Below, piece by piece: positions 29,330-37,398 of a DNA stretch of 44,331 nucleotides (its first letter is position 1; each line of letters begins with the position of its first letter). The notes under the pieces are model-generated. The model made no database searches. It saw nothing but the letters and a program-made list of their open reading frames with translations, and was not told the DNA's origin. The DNA lies in NCBI GenBank assembly GCA_030655735.1, contig JAUSPK010000183.1, positions 1-44,331 on the forward strand. The letters are read 5' to 3'. Source of the stretch: Syntrophales bacterium. Its GTDB lineage: Bacteria; Desulfobacterota; Syntrophia; Syntrophales; UBA2210. Made by a program: the position numbers and the translations under genes.

Positions 29330-29947
29330 CTAGCTCAGGAAGGCACTGTCAGCGTCGTCGATATCCGAGAAGCTCGCGCCGATTCCCAGCTGATGGGGCT
29401 CGATGTGCCCCCTCACATAGATTATTCCTCCGTGGATACCGGTACCGATGTCCTGCCCCACGGGGGAACCTGCCACGTTGTTCAGGTTGAGGACCACCAG
29501 CTTTCCGCCCGCCATGTATTCCCCGCAGTAGTCCTTCGTCGTGCCGCCGATGATGAGCCAGGGGACCTGGTCCAGATATTCCTTCATGTGTATCCCGGCG
29601 CGGTACTCGACGTCCCCCTTTATAAAGACCTTCCCTCCCCGCATGGAATGGCCGGGGATCTCTCCGGCCTTCCCGTGAATGACGATCTTGCCGGCATTCA
29701 TGGTGTTTCCCACGCCGTCCTGCGCGTTTCCGAATACCGTTACGCGGGAACCGTTCATGAAGGCCCCGAGATCCTGCCCCGGGGTTCCGTATACCTCCAG
29801 CAGGGCGTCGCTGTTCAGCCCTCCGCCAATGTATCGTTGCCCCAGGATGTTCTTCAGGAGGATCCTGTTTTCACCTTTGGCGAGATATCCCCGTATATGT
29901 CTGTTCAGGGATTTATAATACAGTCCCTTTGTGTCTATCGTCAGCAT
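29330..29947 (-). CDS. Glutamate synthase GXGXG-domain subunit (GltB C-terminal domain homologue)
   Basis: The ORF track gives 29330..30190. The upstream 81 codons overlap the preceding gene, and the ATG at 29947 (MLTIDTKGLYYKSLN) lies 5 nt after its stop. Repeated beta-helix GXGXG-type segments are present (VFGNAQDGVGNTMNAGKIVIHGKAG, GGKVFIKGD). Confidence 0.85.
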   Translation of the reverse strand: MLTIDTKGLYYKSLNRHIRGYLAKGENRILLKNILGQRYIGGGLNSDALLEVYGTPGQDLGAFMNGSRVTVFGNAQDGVGNTMNAGKIVIHGKAGEIPGHSMRGGKVFIKGDVEYRAGIHMKEYLDQVPWLIIGGTTKDYCGEYMAGGKLVVLNLNNVAGSPVGQDIGTGIHGGIIYVRGHIEPHQLGIGASFSDIDDADSAFLS

Positions 29948-29952
29948 GTTAT

Positions 29953-31476
29953 TTATGCACCGGCGTGTTTGATTTCTAAGATTCTCAGTTCTTCTTCGTT
30001 CAACCCGACCCCTCTGAGCCTGTCGCGATTGCTTCGGAGGGCCTCTATGGCGCTGATGCCCATCGATCCCATCAGCTCCTTCATCTCTTCCCCCCACGCG
30101 TGGAGGAGATTTTTGAGGGCCTGCGTCGCCTGCTCGACATCGATCCGTTCCGCAAGACCCGGCTTGTTCGTTGTGATCCCGTAGGCGCACTTACCGCTGA
30201 AGCACCTCTGGCATAACCCGCATCCGAGCGCTACCAGGACAGGTGTTCCGATATAGACGGCATCAGCACCCAGGCAGATGGCCTTCAGTACATCGGACGA
30301 GCACATGATCCCCCCCGAGGCTACGAGGCTGACGGTATCCCTGATCCCCTCTTCACGCAGGCGTGTGTCGGCGGCGGATATGGCGAGCTCGATGGGAATT
30401 CCCGTGCTCTGCCGTATCTGAAGCGGGGTCGCCCCCGTGCCGCCCCTGAATCCGTCGATGGCTATGATATCCGCGCCGGCCCGCGCAACCCCGCTCACTA
30501 TCGGGGCAACGTTATGCACGGCGGCGATCTTGACGGAGACGGGGACCTTGTATTCCATGGCCTCCTTGATTGCGTAGATGAGCTGCCGCAGGTCCTCGAT
30601 GGAGTATATGTCGTGGTGGGGGGCGGGTGACAGGGCGTCGCTCCCCTCTGGTATCATCCTCGTCTCCGAGATGGCCTTCAACACCTTTTCGCCGGGCAGG
30701 TGGCCCCCAATCCCCGGTTTCGCGCCCTGGCCTATCTTGATCTCCACGGCCGCGGCCGATTTCAGGTAGTCTTCGCTGACGCCGAACCGCCCCGAGGCGA
30801 CCTGGACGATCGTGTTTTCCCCGTATATCCTCAGATCCTTGAAAAAGCCGCCTTCCCCCGTGTTCCAGTACGTCCCGACATCCTTCGTCGCACGGGCCTC
30901 CGCCTCCTGGACCCGTTTGTTCACGGCGCCGAAACTCATGGCCCCGAACATGATCGGAACGTCCAGTTTGAGCTGAGGCCCGATCTCTTCCCCGTACTGT
31001 GCGGGTTTTCTTCCCAGATACCGACGAATCTCCATCGGCTCTCTCAGGGGATCGATGGAGGGATTGGTTACCTGGCAGGCATCGAACATGATATGGTCGA
31101 AGTATCGCTTCTGCGGCCCTGTCGCGCCGTTTCCGACTAGTAGAACGCCCCCCTCATCCCCCGCCTGCCGCCAGATGTTACTTGCGTAATCGGATGTCCA
31201 GTATCCGTGAGAGGTATGCATCGGCTGAAACTCGATGTGGATCGCGCCCTCGGGGCACATCTTCACGCACCGCTGGCAGGAATTGCACGCGGTGAGATTT
31301 GCCCGGGGCCGGTAGCGCACCTCCCCATCATCATCCTTTACCGGGTGCATGGATATCTCTCCGAAGGAGCACTCCTTCGAGCAGATACTGCAACCGTTTT
31401 TGTAGTCGCACCTTTCGATATCAAACTCGGGGTGAAAGGCGGGGATCGTCTTCCAGTTGTTTTCCATGCCGTTCAT
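29953..31476 (-). CDS. Glutamate synthase FMN/[3Fe-4S] domain subunit with N-terminal ferredoxin-like domain (archaeal-type GltB domain 2)
   Basis: 507 aa. The N-terminus carries CNSCQRCVKMCP. The FMN barrel shows GEGG, GAKPGIGGHLPG, IDGFRGGTGA, VASGGI and CLGADAVYIGT. Its start overlaps the upstream stop (ATGA). Confidence 0.9.
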   Translation of the reverse strand: MNGMENNWKTIPAFHPEFDIERCDYKNGCSICSKECSFGEISMHPVKDDDGEVRYRPRANLTACNSCQRCVKMCPEGAIHIEFQPMHTSHGYWTSDYASNIWRQAGDEGGVLLVGNGATGPQKRYFDHIMFDACQVTNPSIDPLREPMEIRRYLGRKPAQYGEEIGPQLKLDVPIMFGAMSFGAVNKRVQEAEARATKDVGTYWNTGEGGFFKDLRIYGENTIVQVASGRFGVSEDYLKSAAAVEIKIGQGAKPGIGGHLPGEKVLKAISETRMIPEGSDALSPAPHHDIYSIEDLRQLIYAIKEAMEYKVPVSVKIAAVHNVAPIVSGVARAGADIIAIDGFRGGTGATPLQIRQSTGIPIELAISAADTRLREEGIRDTVSLVASGGIMCSSDVLKAICLGADAVYIGTPVLVALGCGLCQRCFSGKCAYGITTNKPGLAERIDVEQATQALKNLLHAWGEEMKELMGSMGISAIEALRSNRDRLRGVGLNEEELRILEIKHAGA

Positions 31477-32537
31477 CAGACCGCTTCCTTATATCCTTCG
31501 AGCATATCGATCATAACCGGTTCACCGCCCCTCGGTGACCATATCCTGTCCACCTCTGGGGACAGAAACCGTATGCTGCACTCTTCGGATGACGCGTAGT
31601 AGGTGTTCCCCACCTGTGCGCACACGACGGGACGAAGCTTATTACGGTCATTGAGGACTATCGCGCCGTCCCGATGTGTCAGGACGATGCCGAAGGGGCC
31701 GTTGACAATGGCGGTGCCGTAAATCTGTCTGAGATACCGGTCCTTCTCGTCGCCTCTCCTGTCGATTTCCTCCCAGAGGGCCGGAGCCATAACATAGCAG
31801 GCATCCCTCTTAGAGAGTCCGTCTCTCCTGGTGAGCTTGTCGTATATATACGAAATGACCTCCGTGTCCGTCTGCAGGAGACACTGGTATCCGTTCATCT
31901 CAAGCCACCGCACATTGGTGCCGTAGCTGGTTATCTCGCCGTTGTGGACGACCGTTTTGTCGAGGATCGTAAAGGGGTGAGCGCCGCCCCACCATCCGGG
32001 CGTATTGGTGGGGAACCGGTTGTGGGCCACCCACATATAGCCCTGGTAGTCTTCGATGCGGAAGTAGTCCGCAATATCTTCGGGATACCCCATTCCCTTG
32101 AATACGCCGACATCCTTCCCTGAAGAGACCACGAAGGCATCTTGCATAGAGTTGATGTGCATGACGATCTCGACGATATAATCCTCCTCCGTCTGCTGCG
32201 GAGAGAGGAACTCCTCTATGGGCTTGAGGAAATACCGCTTGAAGTAGGGTCCCCGGGGTATGCGGTCGTTCGGATAGACCGGTATCTGCTCCGACTGGTA
32301 TACATTCGCCCTGCTCTGGAGGTAGTCTTCGACGGCTGAAACGGCCGGGTTGTGCCGGTCCCCCTCATACATGATATGGAAGGCGTATTTGTCCCTGTTT
32401 TCGGGATACGCGCCGTAGACGGCAAAGCCGCCCCCCAGGCCGTTTCCCCGGTCCCTCTGGATACGGATGGCCTCCTGTATATGGCTTCCATCAATACGGT
32501 GTCCGTCGGTATTGATAATCCCCACTATCCCGCACAT
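31476..32537 (-). CDS. Glutamate synthase class II glutamine amidotransferase subunit (GltB domain 1 homologue)
   Basis: The ORF track gives 31476..32624. The ATG at 32537 gives MCGIVGIINTDG, with the nucleophile Cys directly after Met, and AAGGGG lies 6-7 nt upstream. Also present are VAHNRFPTNT, VVHNGEI and TDTEVISY. Confidence 0.9.
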   Translation of the reverse strand: MCGIVGIINTDGHRIDGSHIQEAIRIQRDRGNGLGGGFAVYGAYPENRDKYAFHIMYEGDRHNPAVSAVEDYLQSRANVYQSEQIPVYPNDRIPRGPYFKRYFLKPIEEFLSPQQTEEDYIVEIVMHINSMQDAFVVSSGKDVGVFKGMGYPEDIADYFRIEDYQGYMWVAHNRFPTNTPGWWGGAHPFTILDKTVVHNGEITSYGTNVRWLEMNGYQCLLQTDTEVISYIYDKLTRRDGLSKRDACYVMAPALWEEIDRRGDEKDRYLRQIYGTAIVNGPFGIVLTHRDGAIVLNDRNKLRPVVCAQVGNTYYASSEECSIRFLSPEVDRIWSPRGGEPVMIDMLEGYKEAV

Positions 32538-32577
32538 GACATACCCCTTCGTAAATAAAAATAAGCACCGATAGTGT

Positions 32578-33287
32578 CTATTGTCCTTCGGCTGAGACAG
32601 ACGCCCTCCGGTGCAGATCAACAAGCCATAAAAAATTAGAATATATCCTTTTTGCCTGGGTGTAAAGTGTCCCTTCTATTGTTTCAAAGGTTCGCACGCA
32701 CCCATCGCGGGAAGGCATCGTCTCCGCCCAGTCGAGCAACATGTCCCGCGTCATCTCAATATGAAACTGGAGGGCGTACGCGTTGCGGTATCTGAAGGAC
32801 TGGTTCGGGCATGCCCCCGAGGTCGCGAGGAGTTTTCCCCCGTACGGTATGTCGAAGGTGTCCTCGTGCCACTGAAAGACCTGCATCGTGCCGGGGATAC
32901 CTTCGAACAGGATATCCTTGCTTCCGGCATTTGTGAGGGAAACGCTCCCCCCCCCACCTCCTTGTGGGAGGCCTTGACGACGGGAGCGTAACAGGCCTTG
33001 GCGATCAGCTGGGCGCCAAGGCAGATGCCGAGTGTGGGGATGTTGGCATTGATAACCCTTCTGAGAAACTCGGTTTCCTCACGCAGAAAGGGATATTTGC
33101 CCTCCTCGTAGACATTCATCGGTCCGCCCATCGATACAAGGGCATCAAAGCCGCCGATATCATCCGGGAATGGATCACCCTTATAAGCTTGAACGGTTCG
33201 AATCTCCGCCTCTACTCGGCCCAAAAAACTCCCAAGCGTTCCCGGCCCTTCAGCCTCCGCATGTTCAACAATCAACACCCTTGTCAT
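32578..33287 (-). pseudogene. Class I glutamine amidotransferase (GuaA-like stand-alone GATase) interrupted by a frameshift in a G9 run
   Basis: ORF 32751..33287 encodes the N-terminal half (GICLGAQLIAKA with the nucleophile Cys). ORF 32578..32886, in another frame, encodes the C-terminal half (FQWHEDTFDIP, LQFHIE). The frames meet at the homopolymer at 32947-32955, and adding one nucleotide there gives a continuous protein of about 236 aa. Confidence 0.8.
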
Positions 33288-33300
33288 AATATATATTCGG

Positions 33301-34632
33301 TTACAGTATCGACAGATACTTGTCTATCTCGTAGTCACTGACGTGTGTCCGATACTGATCCCACTCCATTTTTTTGTTTGCTATGAACTTCTCGAAGATA
33401 TGATCGCCCAGTGCCTCCCTCACGAGATCGCTCTGTTCGGTAATAGCGATGGCCTCTCCCAGGCTACCGGGGAGGGAGTCGATGCCGTTGGCCTCACGTT
33501 CGGCAGCGGTCATCTCAAAGATGTCCTCTTCAATCGGGTCGGCCAGCGAGTATCCTTCCTCCATACCCTTCATGCCTGCCGCCAGCATTACCGCAAAGGC
33601 GAGGTACGGGTTGCAGGCGGGATCGGGACAGCGGAACTCCATACGAGTGGCGTTTGCCTTGCCCGGTTTGTACATCGGAACGCGGATGAGGGCGGAGCGG
33701 TTTCTCCGTGCCCATGAGATGTACACGGGGGCCTCATAGCCCGGCACCAGCCTCTTGTATGAATTAACCCACTGCGCAACGATCGATGACAGCTCTTTGG
33801 CATGTTTGAGCAGCCCCGCGATGTAGCATTTTCCTGTTTTAGACAGATAATATTTGTCGCCCGGATCGTAGAAGGCATTGCCCCCCTCTCCGAAGAGGGA
33901 TTGGTGCACGTGCATGCCGCTTCCGTTTTCGCCGAAGATGGGCTTCGGCATGAACGTGGCGTACACGCCGTGCTGCATGGCCACCTCTTTAACGGTCAGA
34001 CGGTATGTCATCGCCGCGTCGGCCATCGCAAGGGCCTCCGTATAGCGCAGATCGATCTCATGCTGGCTGGGAGCAACCTCGTGGTGGCTGTACTCCACAA
34101 TAATCCCCATGGATTCCAGGGCCGTGATCGTATCGCGCCGAAGATCGCTGGCGACATCCAGGGGGGTCAGGTCAAAGTATCCCCCTCGATCGAGGGGTTC
34201 GGTTCCCTCCGAATTTTTGAAATAGAAGAATTCAAGTTCCGGGCCCACATTCAGGGTATACCCCATATCCGCGGCCTTTTTAAGATTTCTCTTGAGCGCC
34301 CAGCGGGGGTCCCCTTCGTACGGGGTGCCGTCCGGTTTCAGGATATCGCAGAACATACGGGCGACATTCTCATCCCCGCTTGCTCGCCAGGGGAGAACCA
34401 CAAAGGTGCTCGGGTCGGGCATCGCCACCATATCGCTCTCTTCGATCCGCGCGAACCCTTCTATGGACGAGCCGTCGAAGCCCATGCCCTCTTCAAAGGC
34501 GAGCTCCAGCTCCCGGGGCGAGATGGCGAAGCTCTTGAGAACACCGAGAACATCCGTGAACCACAGGCGGACAAACTTTACATTCTTCTCCTTTACCTGT
34601 TTCAATACGTGTTCTTTGTCTTTTCCAGCCAT
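33301..34632 (-). CDS. glnA: Glutamine synthetase type I (443-aa, GSI-alpha-like)
   Basis: 443 aa with VRLWFTDVLG, FDGSSIEGF, KPIFGENGSGMHVHQSL and NRSALIRVP motifs. A GGGAGGG Shine-Dalgarno sits 7 nt upstream. Confidence 0.95.
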   Translation of the reverse strand: MAGKDKEHVLKQVKEKNVKFVRLWFTDVLGVLKSFAISPRELELAFEEGMGFDGSSIEGFARIEESDMVAMPDPSTFVVLPWRASGDENVARMFCDILKPDGTPYEGDPRWALKRNLKKAADMGYTLNVGPELEFFYFKNSEGTEPLDRGGYFDLTPLDVASDLRRDTITALESMGIIVEYSHHEVAPSQHEIDLRYTEALAMADAAMTYRLTVKEVAMQHGVYATFMPKPIFGENGSGMHVHQSLFGEGGNAFYDPGDKYYLSKTGKCYIAGLLKHAKELSSIVAQWVNSYKRLVPGYEAPVYISWARRNRSALIRVPMYKPGKANATRMEFRCPDPACNPYLAFAVMLAAGMKGMEEGYSLADPIEEDIFEMTAAEREANGIDSLPGSLGEAIAITEQSDLVREALGDHIFEKFIANKKMEWDQYRTHVSDYEIDKYLSIL

Positions 34633-34687
34633 CTTTTTTCCCTCCCATACACGACAGGATTTGTCTTATGTTTCCCGTATACCACAA

Positions 34688-34703
34688 AGCAACATCGATG
34701 CCA
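34688..34703 (-). promoter_or_regulatory. Sigma-54 (-24/-12) promoter of glnA
   Basis: The reverse strand reads cTGGCATcgatgTTGCTt, with exact GG-N10-GC spacing and TTGCT at -12. The -12 element is about 55 nt upstream of the glnA ATG. Confidence 0.7.
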
Positions 34704-34800
34704 GCACGTACCGCAACGTGACAAGGCAAGGCATGCGCTTGATATATTGGGGGTTTTTGTCGAAGAAACCGAAGGCCGATGCGCCCAGTTTTATGATCAG

Positions 34801-34817
34801 GGTACATATTTGTAGGA
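34801..34817. promoter_or_regulatory. Candidate enhancer (UAS) site, copy 1 of a shared 17-bp motif
   Basis: ggtacatatttgtagga has an imperfect palindromic core GTACA-N4-TGTAG and lies about 105 nt upstream of the glnA -24 element. It matches 15/17 with 41771-41787 and, by transitive hand comparison, is also similar to 36447-36463. Confidence 0.5.
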
Positions 34818-34837
34818 TAAAAACGCTGTGACTACCT

Positions 34838-36400
34838 CTATGTTCGAAACCGCCGGGGATCGATCCCATACTTGCTGATGCGGAGCCCTATAATCCTTTC
34901 TGTGAGACCGAGATTCTTGGCGGCCTTGGCCATATTGCCGCGGGATGTCTTGAGGGCATCCATAATGAGGTCATGTTCCAGATGATCCAACTCTTCCTGC
35001 AGGGTGCCGCTGAACGATGTTCCCGAATAGCCCGATGTCTGAAGCGACGGTGGGAGGTGATAGCCGTAAATGACGCCGTCGGTACTCAGGAGCGATGCCC
35101 GTTCTATGCAGTTTTCAAGTTCCCGTACGTTCCCCGGCCAGTGGTAGCTCATAAACATGTCCAGGGCGTGCGTACAGATCCGGGATATCTGTTTGTTATT
35201 GATCTTGGAGTAGCGCTCCACGAAAAAATCGGCCAGATGGGATATATCGGTCTTCCTCTCGCGAAGGGGGGGTATATAGATGGGGAACACGTTCAGCCGG
35301 TAATACAGGTCTTCTCTGAACTTGCCCTCTTCCATAAGGGTCTCGAGATTGCGGTTTGTCGCCGCGATAATCCTGACATCCGTCTTGATCGGCGCATTCC
35401 CTCCGACCCTCTCAAATTCCCGTTCCTGCAGCACGCGCAAGAGCCGTATCTGCACGGTAGGGGAAAAATCTCCCACCTCGTCAAGGAATATGGTCCCCCC
35501 GGAGGCCATCTCAAACCGCCCCTTCCTCTGGGACACGGCTCCCGTAAAGGACCCCTTCTCATGGCCGAAGAGCTCGCTCTCAAGGACCGTCTCAGGAAGC
35601 GCCGCGCAGTTGACCTTTATAAAGGCCTTTTGGGCCCTGAGGCTGTTGTAGTGGATGGCGTTGGCGACCAGTTCCTTCCCCGTTCCGCTCTCACCTCTGA
35701 TCAGGACCGTGGCCTGGCTCTTGGACACCTGTGCTATCAGCTGGTACACGTCCTGCATTCCCTTTGATTTTCCTATGATATTGGCTGGGTGGAATTTTTC
35801 CTTGAGTTCATTCTGCAGGCGCAGGTTTTCCTGAATCAGAAGTTCGCGTTCCTCCTGTGTCTCCTGACGGAGGCGAACGGCCTGCGCGATCATCGATGCG
35901 ATCAGGGTCAAAAGCCGCATGTCTTTCTTGAGAGGAGCGGCTCCATCGAAGAGACGGTCGGCGCTTAATGTCCCTATGACCTCCCGCCCCAGTTTGATAG
36001 GCACGCAGATAAATGAGACATCCTGCTTGTTGATATCCTTCCGGGAGCCGGTACGGTCCAGAAAGAGCGGTTCGTCGGAGATGTGCGGCACGATAACGGC
36101 CTTCCCAGTCTCGACCACCTTTCCGGTGATGCCCTCTCCCACCTGGTATTTCCCGCGCCTCTTCTCTACATCGGAAAGGCCGTGAGCGGCCTCTATGTAG
36201 ATTTCTCCGCTCTTCCGGTTCAGCAGCGTCAACGTGCCATGCGACATTCCGACACGCTCCGCCAGGGTGTTGAGCACCGGGCCAACCACCTCGCGGATAT
36301 CCATGCTGCGTCCCAGTGCCTGGCTTATTTCCCACAGGAGCGACAGTTCCTCGATTTCTCTTCCCTTGGAAAGCTCTTTTTCGCTCTGGGCAGGTTTCAT
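34838..36400 (-). CDS. Sigma-54-dependent transcriptional activator with N-terminal GAF domain (NifA-like)
   Basis: 520 aa. It has a GAF-like N-terminal region, an AAA+ sigma-54 interaction domain ([40 protein letters not shown]) and a C-terminal Fis-type HTH ([27 protein letters not shown]). Confidence 0.9.
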   Translation of the reverse strand: MKPAQSEKELSKGREIEELSLLWEISQALGRSMDIREVVGPVLNTLAERVGMSHGTLTLLNRKSGEIYIEAAHGLSDVEKRRGKYQVGEGITGKVVETGKAVIVPHISDEPLFLDRTGSRKDINKQDVSFICVPIKLGREVIGTLSADRLFDGAAPLKKDMRLLTLIASMIAQAVRLRQETQEERELLIQENLRLQNELKEKFHPANIIGKSKGMQDVYQLIAQVSKSQATVLIRGESGTGKELVANAIHYNSLRAQKAFIKVNCAALPETVLESELFGHEKGSFTGAVSQRKGRFEMASGGTIFLDEVGDFSPTVQIRLLRVLQEREFERVGGNAPIKTDVRIIAATNRNLETLMEEGKFREDLYYRLNVFPIYIPPLRERKTDISHLADFFVERYSKINNKQISRICTHALDMFMSYHWPGNVRELENCIERASLLSTDGVIYGYHLPPSLQTSGYSGTSFSGTLQEELDHLEHDLIMDALKTSRGNMAKAAKNLGLTERIIGLRISKYGIDPRRFRT

Positions 36401-36446
36401 ATAAGACTCGTTCCCTCGCGTAGAGTAGGATTTTGCTTGGAATAAT

Positions 36447-36463
36447 GTTACCAGATTGTAGGA
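36447..36463. promoter_or_regulatory. Copy 3 of the 17-bp motif, upstream of the activator gene
   Basis: gttaccagattgtagga matches 14/17 to 41771-41787. It is centred about 55 nt upstream of the activator start codon (36400). Confidence 0.4.
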
Positions 36464-36555
36464 TTTAACGGCCCGAAAGTCAAGTCAGAACGGCAGTGAC
36501 AGCGACTATTTTTTGCCACACGCTGTTTTGTGTCTTAGATACGCAATATTTCCAA

Positions 36556-37398
36556 TTACATAAAGCAGTGGGGGTCGCGGGCTTCAAAGATGTCAAAGCC
36601 CTGTCCGTACATAACGGCGAGACATCCGCCACAGACGGGTCGGATTGAACAGGATTGGCATGCCTGGGTCCCGGCGCGGTAACGGCGGGCGGCATCGGAA
36701 TCATATATCTCACCGATGCTCTGGTGGTAGACATTGCCGATGTATGAGGGGAACTTGCGACAGGCGTGGGCTTCTCCGTCGGGCAGAATGGCGATAAAGT
36801 TAAATGCCGCGCTGCATCCGTAGCCGGCGCAGCCTCCGAAGAGCGCCTCGCCTCGTTTATGGAGGATGATGTTGGTGAGATTATCCTTCAGGGACATCAC
36901 GGGGTTTGTCTTCGCGGCCTCGACGTAGTCGGTCAGAAAATCTCTGTATTCATCACGGCTGGGGATGGCAAGCTGCGCCCCCTCTCCGACCTGGGACAGA
37001 CGATTAAAGGTAAAGCTGTCTGCCTCGTTGCGTAATAGCTCGGCAAGGGGCAACACCTGATCGATGTTGTCTCTGGAAAGGGTGAGCATGACCTGAGCCT
37101 GAATCCCAAGGTCCCGGAGAATCGGCAAGAAGGCCAGAACATCTCTGCAATTTCCATCTCCCCGGATATAATCGTTGTATTCCTCAAGCCCCTCAAGACT
37201 GACCTGATAGTGGGACGGTTTTTGAATCTCTACTATTCGCTCCAGGGTTTCCCGTGGTGCGGGATTGCCAAGAATGGCCGTTACGAACCCCCGTTCGGAG
37301 GCGGCCTGGTCCAGATCAAAAAAGTGGGGGTGGAGGAGGGGGCAGGGGTTCTCGGTGGATCTTTTGTGCGGGATTAAGGGGACGGGGATAAGGGTCTC
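36556..37398 (-). pseudogene. 5'-truncated radical SAM/SPASM-domain gene (no CxxxCxxC region, no start codon for the conserved part)
   Basis: The ORF track starts at a TTG at 37128. Hand translation of 37129..37398 in the same frame continues as a radical-SAM core (PLLHPHFFDLDQAASERGF, YQVSLEGLEEYNDYIRGDG) up to the TAG at 37399-37401. The C-terminus is a clear SPASM domain (GGCAGYGCSAAFNF, CRKFP, CQSCSIRPVCGGC). The roughly 70-90 N-terminal residues carrying the SAM cluster are missing. Confidence 0.7.

Noticed and set aside
28091-30184. 697-aa plus-strand ORF spanning the gltD-like and GXGXG genes
   Set aside because: It is antisense to two genes with clear family motifs and crosses their intergenic gap. 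Its composition is low-complexity and Arg/Gly/Pro-rich. I treat it as a shadow ORF.
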